The notes under the pieces: model-generated
The model's input: the letters and a program-made list of their open reading frames with translations, nothing else
Told to the model about the DNA's origin: nothing
Databases searched by the model: none
Part shown: one piece after another, positions 8,309 through 17,420 of the stretch
Layout: every line of letters begins with the position of its first letter
How positions within the stretch are numbered: position 1 is the stretch's first letter
Program-made: the position numbers and the translations under genes
Assembly (NCBI GenBank): GCA_048215895.1
Contig: DBFWXD010000461.1
Span: forward strand, 14,231 to 78,230
Length of the DNA stretch: 64,000 nucleotides
Origin: Eubacteriales bacterium
GTDB taxonomy: Bacteria; Bacillota; Clostridia; Oscillospirales; Oscillospiraceae
Reading direction: 5' to 3'

Positions 8309-9923
8309 GCTGCCAGAGCGTAGTTCCGAGTATTGGGCTCGGCGGCTAAAGCTCATGGAGGACGCACTTCTAAATCAGTCCTACAGCTACATGGAAAACC
8401 TAGACGCTCAATTCCGGATAGCCCAGGCGGAAATTGAGCGGCAGGTGGCTGCCTGGTATCAGCGATTTGCGGACAATAACGAGATTACTCTGGCTGATGC
8501 CAAGCGGCTCTTGAACAGTGGTGAGTTGGAGGAATTTCGCTGGACGGTGGAGGAGTATATCAAGCACGGTGAGGAAAACGCCCTCACTGGGGCGTGGATG
8601 AGGGAGCTGGAAAACGCCAGCGCCAGAGTCCATATCTCCCGGCTGGATGCGCTCAAGCTCCAGTTGCAGCAACAAGCCGAGTTGCTGTACTCCAACCAGC
8701 TTGACACTCTGGATGCCGTTGCCCGGCGGGTCTACACCGGCGGCTACTACCACACGGCCTATGAAATCCAAAAGGGCCTCGGCGTAGGCTGGACAATGCA
8801 AGCCCTCGACGAGCGTACCGTTTCCAAGGTTCTCTCCCGACCGTGGACGGCTGACGGACAGACCTTCCGTGACCGCTGCTGGATGAATAAGCAGAGCTTG
8901 GTGTCCAGCGTCAATACCCAGCTTACTCAGATGATTATTCGGGGAGAGGGCCCAGATCGGGCCATCTCCGCAATCTCTAAGCAGTTCAATGTATCCCGCT
9001 CTAAAGCGGGCCGCCTGGTGATGACCGAGAGCGCGTATTTCTCCAGTGCCGGGCAAAAGGATTGCTTCAACGGCCTGGGGGTCAAGGAATATATGTTTGT
9101 GGCCTCCTTCGACCATGATACCTGTGAACTGTGCGCCTCCATGGACGGCAAGGTGTTCAAAATGTCTGAACACCAGGCGGGCTTGACAGCCCCGCCGCTG
9201 CATCCTTGGTGCCGGTGCTGCATCGCGCCGTATTTTGCGGATATGGTGGGCATCGGAGAACGGTGGGTGCGGAATGAGGATGGCACCACGGGGAAGATTC
9301 CCACGGGCATTACCTTCGATGAGTGGAAGAAAGGCCACGTGAAGACGGGGGTTGTGCGGACTGGGAAATCTGCTATAATGGACATAGTTGAAAAGGCTGT
9401 AGGGGCCGCTAAGGGCACATCTCTGGACATGAAGCCAGCCATTACCGGAGCAAATCCCAACTATTCCTCTGACCAGGGCTACCGAGTGAATTGCCAGAGG
9501 TGTGTGCAGACCTTCGAGTTGCGGCGGCGTGGGTATGACGTCATTGCCCGGCCGAAGCCGAAGAAGAACAACACAATTTTCTGGGGCTCCGAGTGTTTCG
9601 CAGATGCCGCCGGGCGGTCGGTATCGTACACTTTCAACCAGACGGAGGCCACCGTTAAGCGGGAACTGGCCGCCGCTCCAGATGGGGCCCGGTATGGGAT
9701 ATACATCAAGTGGAAGGGACGCCCGCCCGCTGCACACGTATTTATTGCGGAGAAGTCCGGCGGGGTAGTCCATTACATGGACCCCCAGACCGGAAACATG
9801 GACGCCTCCGGTTACTTCGCTAGGGGCTCCAAGGGGAGATTTGGATTTTTCCGCATGGACGATAAGGCGCTGACGACGGATCAGGCTATCATAGCGGCCA
9901 CTGTGGAGGTGAAGAAGCCGTGA
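8286..9923 (+). CDS. MuF / SPP1 gp7-like minor head protein with C-terminal papain-fold toxin domain (start may be ATG 8289 or 8295)
   Basis: RLVMTES...TCELCASMDG...PPLHPWCRC (MuF); extension NCQRC...AAHVF...YMDPQ. Confidence 0.88.
   Translation: MMAMATNKLPERSSEYWARRLKLMEDALLNQSYSYMENLDAQFRIAQAEIERQVAAWYQRFADNNEITLADAKRLLNSGELEEFRWTVEEYIKHGEENALTGAWMRELENASARVHISRLDALKLQLQQQAELLYSNQLDTLDAVARRVYTGGYYHTAYEIQKGLGVGWTMQALDERTVSKVLSRPWTADGQTFRDRCWMNKQSLVSSVNTQLTQMIIRGEGPDRAISAISKQFNVSRSKAGRLVMTESAYFSSAGQKDCFNGLGVKEYMFVASFDHDTCELCASMDGKVFKMSEHQAGLTAPPLHPWCRCCIAPYFADMVGIGERWVRNEDGTTGKIPTGITFDEWKKGHVKTGVVRTGKSAIMDIVEKAVGAAKGTSLDMKPAITGANPNYSSDQGYRVNCQRCVQTFELRRRGYDVIARPKPKKNNTIFWGSECFADAAGRSVSYTFNQTEATVKRELAAAPDGARYGIYIKWKGRPPAAHVFIAEKSGGVVHYMDPQTGNMDASGYFARGSKGRFGFFRMDDKALTTDQAIIAATVEVKKP
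9352..9379 (+). promoter_or_regulatory. Internal promoter at the MuF/toxin junction
   Basis: TTGTGC, 16 nt, TATAAT with TG extension (TGCTATAAT 9371-9379). Confidence 0.5.
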
Positions 9924-10120
9924 GCGAAAAGGAAGCAAGAACCATTCTCCAGAGCTACCAAGAGGAGGATGGAGAGACTGGTGAGAGCTATCATTTGGAG
10001 GTCAAAGAGTGTATTTCCACGACCGGGGAACAGTACGTGTTCCTGTGCAGTGTGGAAGGCCAAGAGGCCGAGTATGCGGTCATGAAGGAAACCGGGGATG
10101 TTCTGGTGGTGCCGACGTGA
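9920..10120 (+). CDS. Small acidic protein, candidate immunity protein for the MuF toxin
   Basis: 66 aa, GTGA overlap with muf stop, followed by a terminator. Confidence 0.6.
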   Translation: MSEKEARTILQSYQEEDGETGESYHLEVKECISTTGEQYVFLCSVEGQEAEYAVMKETGDVLVVPT

Positions 10121-10144
10121 CCAGCTATAACCGAATCGTTGATG

Positions 10145-10177
10145 AAAGCATCGAGCTGAAAAGCCCGGTGCTTTTTT
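10145..10177 (+). terminator. Intrinsic terminator after muf/immunity
   Basis: AAAGCATCGAGC-TGAAAA-GCCCGGTGCTTTTTT. Confidence 0.65.
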
Positions 10178-10274
10178 CATACAAAAAAATACCGCTGGCC
10201 CAGCGGACACAGCAGGGCGGCTGCCATACGGGGACAGGCCCGGTCAAAAGGACGGCAGCGGAAAGGAGCCAGTT

Positions 10275-10928
10275 ATGAAATTGCAGTGGATTAAGGACAT
10301 CCTGGGAGACGTCTACACGGAGGACATAGACGCCAAGGTGTGCACGGCTTTGGGGGAGCGGTTTGTGGCCCGCGCAGACTTCAACGACAAGACCGCCAAG
10401 CTCAAAGAGGCGGAGACACAAGTGAGCCAGCTTAACGCCACGATCAAGGACCGGGACAAGCAGCTGGAGCAGCTGAAGGAAGCCGCAGGTGACAACGCTG
10501 AGCTGAAGAAGCAGATCGATACCCTTACCCAGCAGAACAAGGATGCCAAGGCGGCCTATGAGAAGGAACTCGCTAGTGTACGTCTGGCCGCCGCTGTCGA
10601 TGCGGAACTGACTGCTGCCGGTGCGCGAAACACAGTTGCCACCCGCGCTGTTCTGGAGGATTTCCTCAAGGACGCCAAAATCGTGGATGGCAAAGTGACA
10701 GCCAAGGTGGGTGAGGAAATGGTCACGCTGGCCGCCAAGGTGGAGGCGATGAAGAAGGACGATGCTACGGGCTTCCTCTTTGCTACCAAGGACGGCAAGT
10801 ACAGCGGCTGGAAGCCCGGAGAGGGCGGAGACAAGGGCAAGCCCGGCTCCGATAAAAAGCCCTCGGAGATGTCTTATGACGAGCTGGCGGAATACCTGGC
10901 TCAGAACCCCGACGCGAAATTGGACTGA
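10275..10928 (+). CDS. Head scaffolding protein (GP20-like)
   Basis: Coiled-coil TIKDRDKQLEQLK...AGARN...FLF; ends MSYDELAEYLAQNP. Confidence 0.88.
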   Translation: MKLQWIKDILGDVYTEDIDAKVCTALGERFVARADFNDKTAKLKEAETQVSQLNATIKDRDKQLEQLKEAAGDNAELKKQIDTLTQQNKDAKAAYEKELASVRLAAAVDAELTAAGARNTVATRAVLEDFLKDAKIVDGKVTAKVGEEMVTLAAKVEAMKKDDATGFLFATKDGKYSGWKPGEGGDKGKPGSDKKPSEMSYDELAEYLAQNPDAKLD

Positions 10929-10939
10929 GAGGTGACCCT

Positions 10940-11302
10940 ATGAGAAACATGACAATCCCAGCCCGTGCCGTGTCCTTCGAGGATGCTTTGAGAAATCTGG
11001 CGTCTAAGTTGACCGGCAAGCCAGCTTCTGCACTGCCCCGCACTCAAGAGGGCGTGGTGCAGTACATGGCGGAGCACATCCCCTCCCTGGATGAATTGGC
11101 GGAGGCGGTGACGTGCGAGGTGCTCGCCCGCATGAGCGATTTCTCTGCCAACGACACGCCTACGGCGGGCGCTGACGCCTTTGAACTGGCCAAGGCGGGC
11201 ACGGATACTCCGGAGGATGAAACGGGCGTAAACACGCCAGCAAAGGCCAAATCCGGCCGCAAGAAGAAAACCGACACCGAGACCGATACTGAGAAAGGAT
11301 GA
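10940..11302 (+). CDS. Hypothetical phage protein
   Basis: GAGGTG RBS; lies between scaffold and capsid genes. Confidence 0.6.
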   Translation: MRNMTIPARAVSFEDALRNLASKLTGKPASALPRTQEGVVQYMAEHIPSLDELAEAVTCEVLARMSDFSANDTPTAGADAFELAKAGTDTPEDETGVNTPAKAKSGRKKKTDTETDTEKG

Positions 11303-11309
11303 TTGAACT

Positions 11310-12482
11310 ATGGCAAACGATAAGTTTGACGCGAAGAGCTTTAACCCTCAGGCGTTCAAGTACACTGTAGACCGTGTGCCCCGCACCCGGCTGAACGAAA
11401 TCCGCAAGTCCCGTGCTTTGACGGGGAACTCCGACATCCGCAACGTGTTCTCCGCCCAGAACGGCACCGCCTATGCTCGGATCGCTATGCGTGGTCTGCT
11501 GGATGGCGACGCTGTGAACTACGACGGCAAGACCGACATCACCGCCACCTCCACCAAGACCTTCGAGCAGGGCGTGGTCGTCATCGGCCGGGCCAAGGCG
11601 TGGACTGAGCTGGATTTCTCCACGGACATCACCGGCGGCGTGGGCTGGATGGACAATGTGGCCCAGCAGGTGGCCGCCTATTGGGAGGATGTGGACCAGG
11701 ACACCATCCTGGCAATCCTCAAGGGCGTGTTCTCTATGACTGGGGGCAAGAGCGGAGAGTTCGTGACCAAGCACACCTACACCGTGGACGGAAACCTAGA
11801 GGCCACCACTATGAACTCCGCCACCGCCCAGGCTTGTGGTGACCGCAAGAAGAAGTTCTCCCTGGTGTTCATGCATTCTGCAGTGTCCACCAACTTGGAG
11901 AACCTCAATCTGCTGACCGCGCTGAAGTTCACCGATAAGGACGGCATCACTCGCGACCTCGCCCTTTACACCTGGAACGGCAAGCTGGTAGTGGTCGACG
12001 ACGGTATGCCTGCCACCGATGGCTACTTCCCCGCCGATGCGGAGACTCCCGGCGCATTGCAGGTCAAGGATTCCAGTGCCACCACCGGCCAGATCAATAA
12101 GTCTGACGTTACCCCCTACTTCGGCACTGGCACTCCTGATACTGACAGCTATGTGGTGGCCGGGACGCAGTATGTGACCTATGTGCTGGGCGACGGCTGC
12201 ATCAGCTACGAGGACATCGGGGCCCGTGTACCCTACGAGATGGCCCGTGACCCCAAAACTAAGGGCGGCCAGGATACCCTTTATACCCGCCAGCGTAAGG
12301 TGTTCGCGCCCTTCGGCATCTCCTATGAGAAGAAGAGTCAGCAGTCCCTCTCTCCCACTGACGAGGAACTGGCCAAGGGAGAGAACTGGTGTCTGGTCCA
12401 CTCCGGCGAAAGTGACGAGGGCCTGCGATCCTATGTGGCCGACAAGGCCGTGCCCATCGCCCGCATCCTCTCCAGGGGTTAA
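11310..12482 (+). CDS. Major capsid protein
   Basis: FDAKSFNPQAF, NYDGKTDI, GGQDTLYTRQR, VPIARILSRG; strongly biased codon use. Confidence 0.9.
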   Translation: MANDKFDAKSFNPQAFKYTVDRVPRTRLNEIRKSRALTGNSDIRNVFSAQNGTAYARIAMRGLLDGDAVNYDGKTDITATSTKTFEQGVVVIGRAKAWTELDFSTDITGGVGWMDNVAQQVAAYWEDVDQDTILAILKGVFSMTGGKSGEFVTKHTYTVDGNLEATTMNSATAQACGDRKKKFSLVFMHSAVSTNLENLNLLTALKFTDKDGITRDLALYTWNGKLVVVDDGMPATDGYFPADAETPGALQVKDSSATTGQINKSDVTPYFGTGTPDTDSYVVAGTQYVTYVLGDGCISYEDIGARVPYEMARDPKTKGGQDTLYTRQRKVFAPFGISYEKKSQQSLSPTDEELAKGENWCLVHSGESDEGLRSYVADKAVPIARILSRG

Positions 12483-12487
12483 CGGCT

Positions 12488-12883
12488 ATGATGAGCGTAT
12501 ATGAAGCGGTGGTGGCCCGGCTGGCCACGCTGGGCTACACCTCCACGGAAGCCGACAGAGTGAGCCTTGAGTACCTGATTCCAAAATGTGAACTGGACAT
12601 TTTGGCAAATATCAACCACCGGGAACTGCCTGACGGCCTTTTCTATACGCTCGTGGAGATGGCCGCCGGGCAGTTCCTGTTCAATAAGAAGGCCGCCGGA
12701 GACCTGGAGGGCTTTGACTTTGATTCCCCGGTCAAGAGCATCACAGAGGGCGACATCTCTGTAACCTTTGCCGGAGCTAGTGACGGGTCCAGCAGCGCAG
12801 AAAGCCGATTTGATGCGCTGCTGGATCGCATGATGCACCCTCCAGAAAGTACCCTGGCGAGGTTTAGGAGGCTGCGATGGTAA
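12488..12883 (+). CDS. Head-tail connector protein
   Basis: VKSITEGDISVTF, ends LARFRRLRW; synteny. Confidence 0.8.
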   Translation: MMSVYEAVVARLATLGYTSTEADRVSLEYLIPKCELDILANINHRELPDGLFYTLVEMAAGQFLFNKKAAGDLEGFDFDSPVKSITEGDISVTFAGASDGSSSAESRFDALLDRMMHPPESTLARFRRLRW

Positions 12884-13248
12884 TTGATAGCCCGGCCTAT
12901 AAGAAGGCCATACAACGGCTCTGGACCGGCAAAGCTACAGTATATGTGCGGGTCGGGGCACTCAACCCCACCACTGGCCGCACAGAGCAGACGGAACAGG
13001 CATCTGCTACAGAGCAGCCCTGCCGCCTGTCCCACAAAACGGTCAAGAATACGGAGCCGGCTGAAGAAGCGGCTCAGGTGACCCAGACCACGGTGCTATA
13101 CATTGACCCCTCTGTGGAAATCCCGGAGGGGTCAAAAGTTACCGTGACACAGAATGGAGTCACTCGTGACTATGGCCGGAGCGGGACTCCGGCGGTCTAT
13201 ACCAGCCACCAGGAAGTTCCGCTGGAGTTATGGAAGGGGTGGGCCTAA
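12877..13248 (+). CDS. Head closure / stopper protein
   Basis: PCRLS, IPEGSKVTVTQNG, YTSHQEV; synteny. Confidence 0.75.
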   Translation: MVIDSPAYKKAIQRLWTGKATVYVRVGALNPTTGRTEQTEQASATEQPCRLSHKTVKNTEPAEEAAQVTQTTVLYIDPSVEIPEGSKVTVTQNGVTRDYGRSGTPAVYTSHQEVPLELWKGWA

Positions 13249-13745
13249 TGCAGTGGGGAAGATGTGATTACAAGCAGCTTCAGAAGCTGCAGCAAAATTT
13301 GCAGAAGCTCCAAAGCATGGATTTGACCCGATTTTGCGAAGAAGCGTCTCATGAGTTGGCCGCCCGGCTGCTGGCCCTGGTCATCCCTCGGACGCCGGTG
13401 GGCAAGTACCCAAAGCAGAGTGGGCGAAAGGGCGGAACCCTGCGCCGAGGCTGGACGGCTAAAACGGAAGAAGCGGCTCGGGCGGGTGGGGGCCCCAAGG
13501 TAAACCCGACGGCCTACGCCAACTCTCTGCCGGTATTCAAGCGGGGACGGAACTTCTACATTGAGGTGATCAACCCGGTGCACTATGCCAGCTATGTGGA
13601 GTTCGGGCATCGGACACGGGGCGGCCAAGGCTGGGTCGCGGGCCAGTACTTCCTGACTCTCTCCGAGCGGGACCTAGAGCGTATGGCTCCGGCGATTCTT
13701 GAGAAGAAGCTAGAACGGTTGCTGCGGGAGGCGTTCAATGTCTAA
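13248..13745 (+). CDS. HK97 gp10-like neck protein
   Basis: RTPVG...GGTLRRGW...YASYVEFGHR. Confidence 0.85.
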   Translation: MQWGRCDYKQLQKLQQNLQKLQSMDLTRFCEEASHELAARLLALVIPRTPVGKYPKQSGRKGGTLRRGWTAKTEEAARAGGGPKVNPTAYANSLPVFKRGRNFYIEVINPVHYASYVEFGHRTRGGQGWVAGQYFLTLSERDLERMAPAILEKKLERLLREAFNV

Positions 13746-14160
13746 CCTGGATTTTTCGAGCATCTATGACGGCGTGAGCCTGGCGCTCCATAGGGCAATC
13801 CCTGTCGCACAGGTGCATGGTGGAGATGTCCAGCAGGGGCTCAAGCCTGGGGACCTCAACGTGATTATGCCTTCTGCCGGACACACTCGGCAGGTGGGAA
13901 GCCGTTATCTTCGAACGCCAACGCTAGACGTGATCTATTACCCCAAAGAAGGAATGGCGGAGTGCTACAGGACGGCGGACGTTCTGGTCCGCGCTCTGGA
14001 AGACATCACCACCCCGGAGGGGGATGTTATCCACTGTACCAGCTGTGAGTGGTCGGTGGAGGATGGGGTCCTGCATATCTTGGTGAGCTACGACCATTAC
14101 ATCTATACGCCCAAGGACGAGGACTTCATGGAAACTTTGGAACTTGAAATGGAGGGATAA
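13738..14160 (+). CDS. Tail terminator-like protein
   Basis: DVQQGLKP, DVIYYP, VEDGVLH; precedes the sheath gene. Confidence 0.7.
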   Translation: MSNLDFSSIYDGVSLALHRAIPVAQVHGGDVQQGLKPGDLNVIMPSAGHTRQVGSRYLRTPTLDVIYYPKEGMAECYRTADVLVRALEDITTPEGDVIHCTSCEWSVEDGVLHILVSYDHYIYTPKDEDFMETLELEMEG

Positions 14161-14162
14161 CA

Positions 14163-14351
14163 ATGGCAACGGCAAAAACGCCTAAGGCGGAGACTACCGA
14201 GGCTGTGTTTACCAAGGAGCAGCTGGCGGCCTCCAAGCGATACGCCAAGCGGCGGGACCTTATCATGGCCCTGCTGGAACATGGCAAAACCTACACACTG
14301 AACGAGGCGGACCGCCTCATTGACGGCTTTATGAAAGGAAAGGTGAAGTAA
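14163..14351 (+). CDS. Small hypothetical tail-region protein
   Basis: FTKEQLAASKRY...DLIMALL...YT; GGAGG RBS. Confidence 0.7.
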   Translation: MATAKTPKAETTEAVFTKEQLAASKRYAKRRDLIMALLEHGKTYTLNEADRLIDGFMKGKVK

Positions 14352-14352
14352 G

Positions 14353-15678
14353 ATGGCATTGGGCGGCGGCACCTGGCAGACCCAGAACAAGGTCCTGCCT
14401 GGTTACTACGTTAACTTCTCCAGTGTGCCCAGGGCGTCTGCTACGCTTTCCGACCGCGGATATGCGGCAGCCCCTTTCGAGCTGAACTGGGGCCCGGAGG
14501 AGCAGGTTTTCCCTGTGACCTCTGGGGATATGCAGAAGAATAGCAAGACCATTTTCGGCTACGGCTACACCGACCCGGCCCTGCTGCCCCTGCGTGAGAT
14601 TTTCACTCACGCGACCACTGTGTACTGTTACCGGCTGGGCAAGGGCGCGGTAAAGGCCACCAACGACCTGGCAACAGCCAAGTACGGCGGAACTCGTGGC
14701 AACGATATCGCCATCACAGTGGCTGCCAATGTGGATGAAGGCTCCCTCTGGGATGTCAGCACCCTTGTGGACGGCGCTGTGGTGGATATGCAGACCGTAT
14801 CGAAGGCGGCTGACTTGGTTGGAAACGACTGGGTGGACTTCAAGGCGTCCGGCACCCTGGAAGCCACTGCCGGGAAACCCCTGGAGGGCGGAGAGAATGT
14901 CTCGTCCATCAACGGCGAGAGTCACCAGGCGTTTCTCGACAAGATCGAGCCCTACTCTTACAACGTCCTCTGCTGCCCTACAGCCGACCCTACCACGATC
15001 AAGCTGTATCAGCAGTTCACCAGCCGGTTACGGGACGAGGTGGGCAGCAAGTTCCAACTGGTAGCCTGGCAGCCCACCACCGCCGACTACGAGGGCATTA
15101 TCGGCGTCTGGAACAAGGTGACCCACTCCAGCATCGCTGACGTACCGGAGCACCTGTTGGTCTATTGGTTGGCCGGGGCTGAGGCGGGGTGCGCCGTCAA
15201 TAAGTCCCTCACCAACTTCAAGTATGATGGGGAACTGACCATTGACACCAACTACACCCAGGCAGAGCTGGAGGCAGCTCTAAAGGCAGGAAAGCTGCTG
15301 ATTCACAACGTGAACGGCGACCCCCGGATTTTGGATGACATTAACACCCTGCTTACCCTGTCCGATACTAAGGGGGAAATCTTCCAGTCCAACCAGACCA
15401 TGCGCGTGTGTGACCAGATTGCCAACGATACGGCGGTCCTGTTCGCGACCAAGTACCTGGGTACTGTTCCCAATGACGCTTCCGGGCGGTCCTCTCTTTG
15501 GGGCGACATCACCAAGCTCATTCAGGACCTGAACACCATTCGGGCCGTGCAGGACTTTGACCCGGAGATCGTGACCTGCGAACAGGGCGACGCGAAAAAC
15601 GCTGTCCTCTGCACCGTTGACGGACTTAACATCGTCAACGCCATGGCAAAGCTCTATATGAGCGTTATCATCCAGTAA
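14353..15678 (+). CDS. Tail sheath protein (XkdK-like)
   Basis: MALGGGTWQTQNKVLPGYYVNF, LNWGP, TAKYGGTRGN, RVCDQIAND. Confidence 0.93.
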   Translation: MALGGGTWQTQNKVLPGYYVNFSSVPRASATLSDRGYAAAPFELNWGPEEQVFPVTSGDMQKNSKTIFGYGYTDPALLPLREIFTHATTVYCYRLGKGAVKATNDLATAKYGGTRGNDIAITVAANVDEGSLWDVSTLVDGAVVDMQTVSKAADLVGNDWVDFKASGTLEATAGKPLEGGENVSSINGESHQAFLDKIEPYSYNVLCCPTADPTTIKLYQQFTSRLRDEVGSKFQLVAWQPTTADYEGIIGVWNKVTHSSIADVPEHLLVYWLAGAEAGCAVNKSLTNFKYDGELTIDTNYTQAELEAALKAGKLLIHNVNGDPRILDDINTLLTLSDTKGEIFQSNQTMRVCDQIANDTAVLFATKYLGTVPNDASGRSSLWGDITKLIQDLNTIRAVQDFDPEIVTCEQGDAKNAVLCTVDGLNIVNAMAKLYMSVIIQ

Positions 15679-15692
15679 GGGAGGCGCGCTAA

Positions 15693-16163
15693 ATGAACCA
15701 GAGTATGAATACCCAGGACGCTGTCAGCGCCAACTATGCGGAGTGCTTTGTCACCATTGACGGCACGCGCTACTCCATGCTGATGGCGAAGGAGTTCGAG
15801 GGTAAGGCAACCATCAACACCAAAGAGGTCTACAAACTGGGGAACCCGGTGGTAGGCCACAAGGCACAGACGATGGCGCTGGCCTTTTCCATGACCATCT
15901 ACAAGTGCACAGAGATCTTCGACACTGTGGTGGAGCGGTTCCTCAAAACCGGCGTAATGCCGACCTTCACTGTCCAAACCTCCAACGATGACCCCGCCAC
16001 CTCGGTGGGGCGTAGCACCAAGATTTACAACGACTGTATCCTAGACGGCGACGTGCTGCTTTCTATGTTCAATTCCGAGGGCGATTTTGTCGAACAGTCC
16101 ATTGAGGGCTACTGTGACAGCTTCACCCGGCCGGAGCAGCACACCAATCCGGCCTATATGTAA
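15693..16163 (+). CDS. Tail tube protein (XkdM-like)
   Basis: NDDPATSVGR...YNDCILDG; follows the sheath gene. Confidence 0.88.
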   Translation: MNQSMNTQDAVSANYAECFVTIDGTRYSMLMAKEFEGKATINTKEVYKLGNPVVGHKAQTMALAFSMTIYKCTEIFDTVVERFLKTGVMPTFTVQTSNDDPATSVGRSTKIYNDCILDGDVLLSMFNSEGDFVEQSIEGYCDSFTRPEQHTNPAYM

Positions 16164-16180
16164 GAAAGGAGATTTGACCT

Positions 16181-16606
16181 ATGAGCAATCTGTCTGCGTT
16201 TATGCAGCCCAATGTGGAGCAAGTAAAGAATCACAAATACGTTGCCTCCCACCGAATCAAGGGGGAGGACGGCAAGCCCGTGGAATGGGAGATCTGCTGT
16301 ATCTCCGCCGACGAATACGCCCGCATCCGGGGTGCCTGTATTCGCCAAGTGCCCGTGGCGGGCAAAAAGGGACAGTACACCCAGCAACTCGACACCTATA
16401 CCTTCCAGGCTCGTGTGGCCGCCCGTTGCACGGTATTCCCGGACCTCAACAACGCCGAGCTGCAGAACAGCTGGGGGGTTGCCAAGCCGGAGGAGCTGAT
16501 TGGCAAGCTGCTGATCGGCGGTGAGTTTGACGACTATGTGACTGAGGTGTTCCAGCACAATGGTTTCAAAACCGAGGACGAGTTGGTTAACGACGCAAAA
16601 AACTGA
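16181..16606 (+). CDS. Tail assembly chaperone (XkdN-like)
   Basis: VFPDLNNAELQNSWG, ends DAKN* on slippery A AAA AAC. Confidence 0.85.
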   Translation: MSNLSAFMQPNVEQVKNHKYVASHRIKGEDGKPVEWEICCISADEYARIRGACIRQVPVAGKKGQYTQQLDTYTFQARVAARCTVFPDLNNAELQNSWGVAKPEELIGKLLIGGEFDDYVTEVFQHNGFKTEDELVNDAKN

Positions 16607-16608
16607 TA

Positions 16609-16800
16609 ATGGACGGCGACCCGGAGGCCAACTTCGCACATTTCTGCTTACAGCGATTCGGGTGGCCGCCGTCCAAGTTTTTGAATCTGCCAAGTCGTGA
16701 GCGGGCCTTCGTGATAGCATCCATCAATGTCCGTTGCGAGGCGGAGAGAAAAAAGGAAGCCGAGCTGAAAAGCAAAATGAAGCGAGGCAAGCGCCGATAA
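16609..16800 (+). CDS. Second chaperone ORF, probably expressed as a -1 frameshift extension
   Basis: In the -1 frame relative to 16181, open from the slippery heptamer at 16597-16603. Confidence 0.75.
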   Translation: MDGDPEANFAHFCLQRFGWPPSKFLNLPSRERAFVIASINVRCEAERKKEAELKSKMKRGKRR

Positions 16801-16811
16801 ACGCGGCGGCC

Positions 16812-16840
16812 TTGACACTGCGCCGTTTGATGGCTATGAT
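16812..16840 (+). promoter_or_regulatory. SigA-type promoter for moron gene
   Basis: TTGACA, 17 nt, TATGAT. Confidence 0.8.
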
Positions 16841-16872
16841 GGGGCTATAAGCAAGAAGGATGGTGCACGGAT

Positions 16873-17358
16873 ATGGGGTTATTTAAGCCAAAGCTGAATC
16901 CAGAAATCAGGGCCAAGGCCGAGCAGCCGGGGGTCAGGGTGTTCGTATCCGTCCCCAGCGCATCCGGGCTTCCGGTCCCAGAGCGGACACTCGCACAAGT
17001 GTACTACTTTGACGACCACGTCGAGATTGACGCTGGGGGCGTAGAGTACGACCTTAGTATGGACAAGATTCAGAGCGTAAGCATCCAGACAAACGTGGAC
17101 CGGCAGACCCAGTTTGTCAGTAGCGCGGGCGGCGCACTTCTTGGAGCCGCAGTTGCGGGGCCTATCGGAGCAGTCGTGGGCGGCCGGATCAAGGAGAAAC
17201 AGACACAGCAGACGGAATCCTATCTGATAATTCACTACATCGGAAAAGACGGGACTCCGGCGGTGCTTTCCTTTTTCGCTACGCACACGCCGAAGTGCCG
17301 AGAGCTGGCCGAGCTCTTTCAAAAGCGACCGCACCAGCACACTAAAATCGAGCTTTAA
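16873..17358 (+). CDS. Moron protein with glycine-zipper hydrophobic segment
   Basis: GGALLGAAVAGPIGAVVGG; has its own promoter and terminator inside the tail operon. Confidence 0.75.
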   Translation: MGLFKPKLNPEIRAKAEQPGVRVFVSVPSASGLPVPERTLAQVYYFDDHVEIDAGGVEYDLSMDKIQSVSIQTNVDRQTQFVSSAGGALLGAAVAGPIGAVVGGRIKEKQTQQTESYLIIHYIGKDGTPAVLSFFATHTPKCRELAELFQKRPHQHTKIEL

Positions 17359-17360
17359 GC

Positions 17361-17397
17361 AGAGCCACTCTCCCATGGCGGGAGGGTGGCTCTTTCT
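17361..17397 (+). terminator. Terminator after moron
   Basis: AGAGCCACTCTCCC-ATGGC-GGGAGGGTGGCTCT-TTCT. Confidence 0.7.
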
Positions 17398-17420
17398 ATG
17401 CCCAAATGGGAGGTGAGTTC

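Noticed and set aside
8400..9938. 512-aa minus-strand ORF
   Set aside because: Antisense shadow of muf in GC-rich DNA; no motifs.
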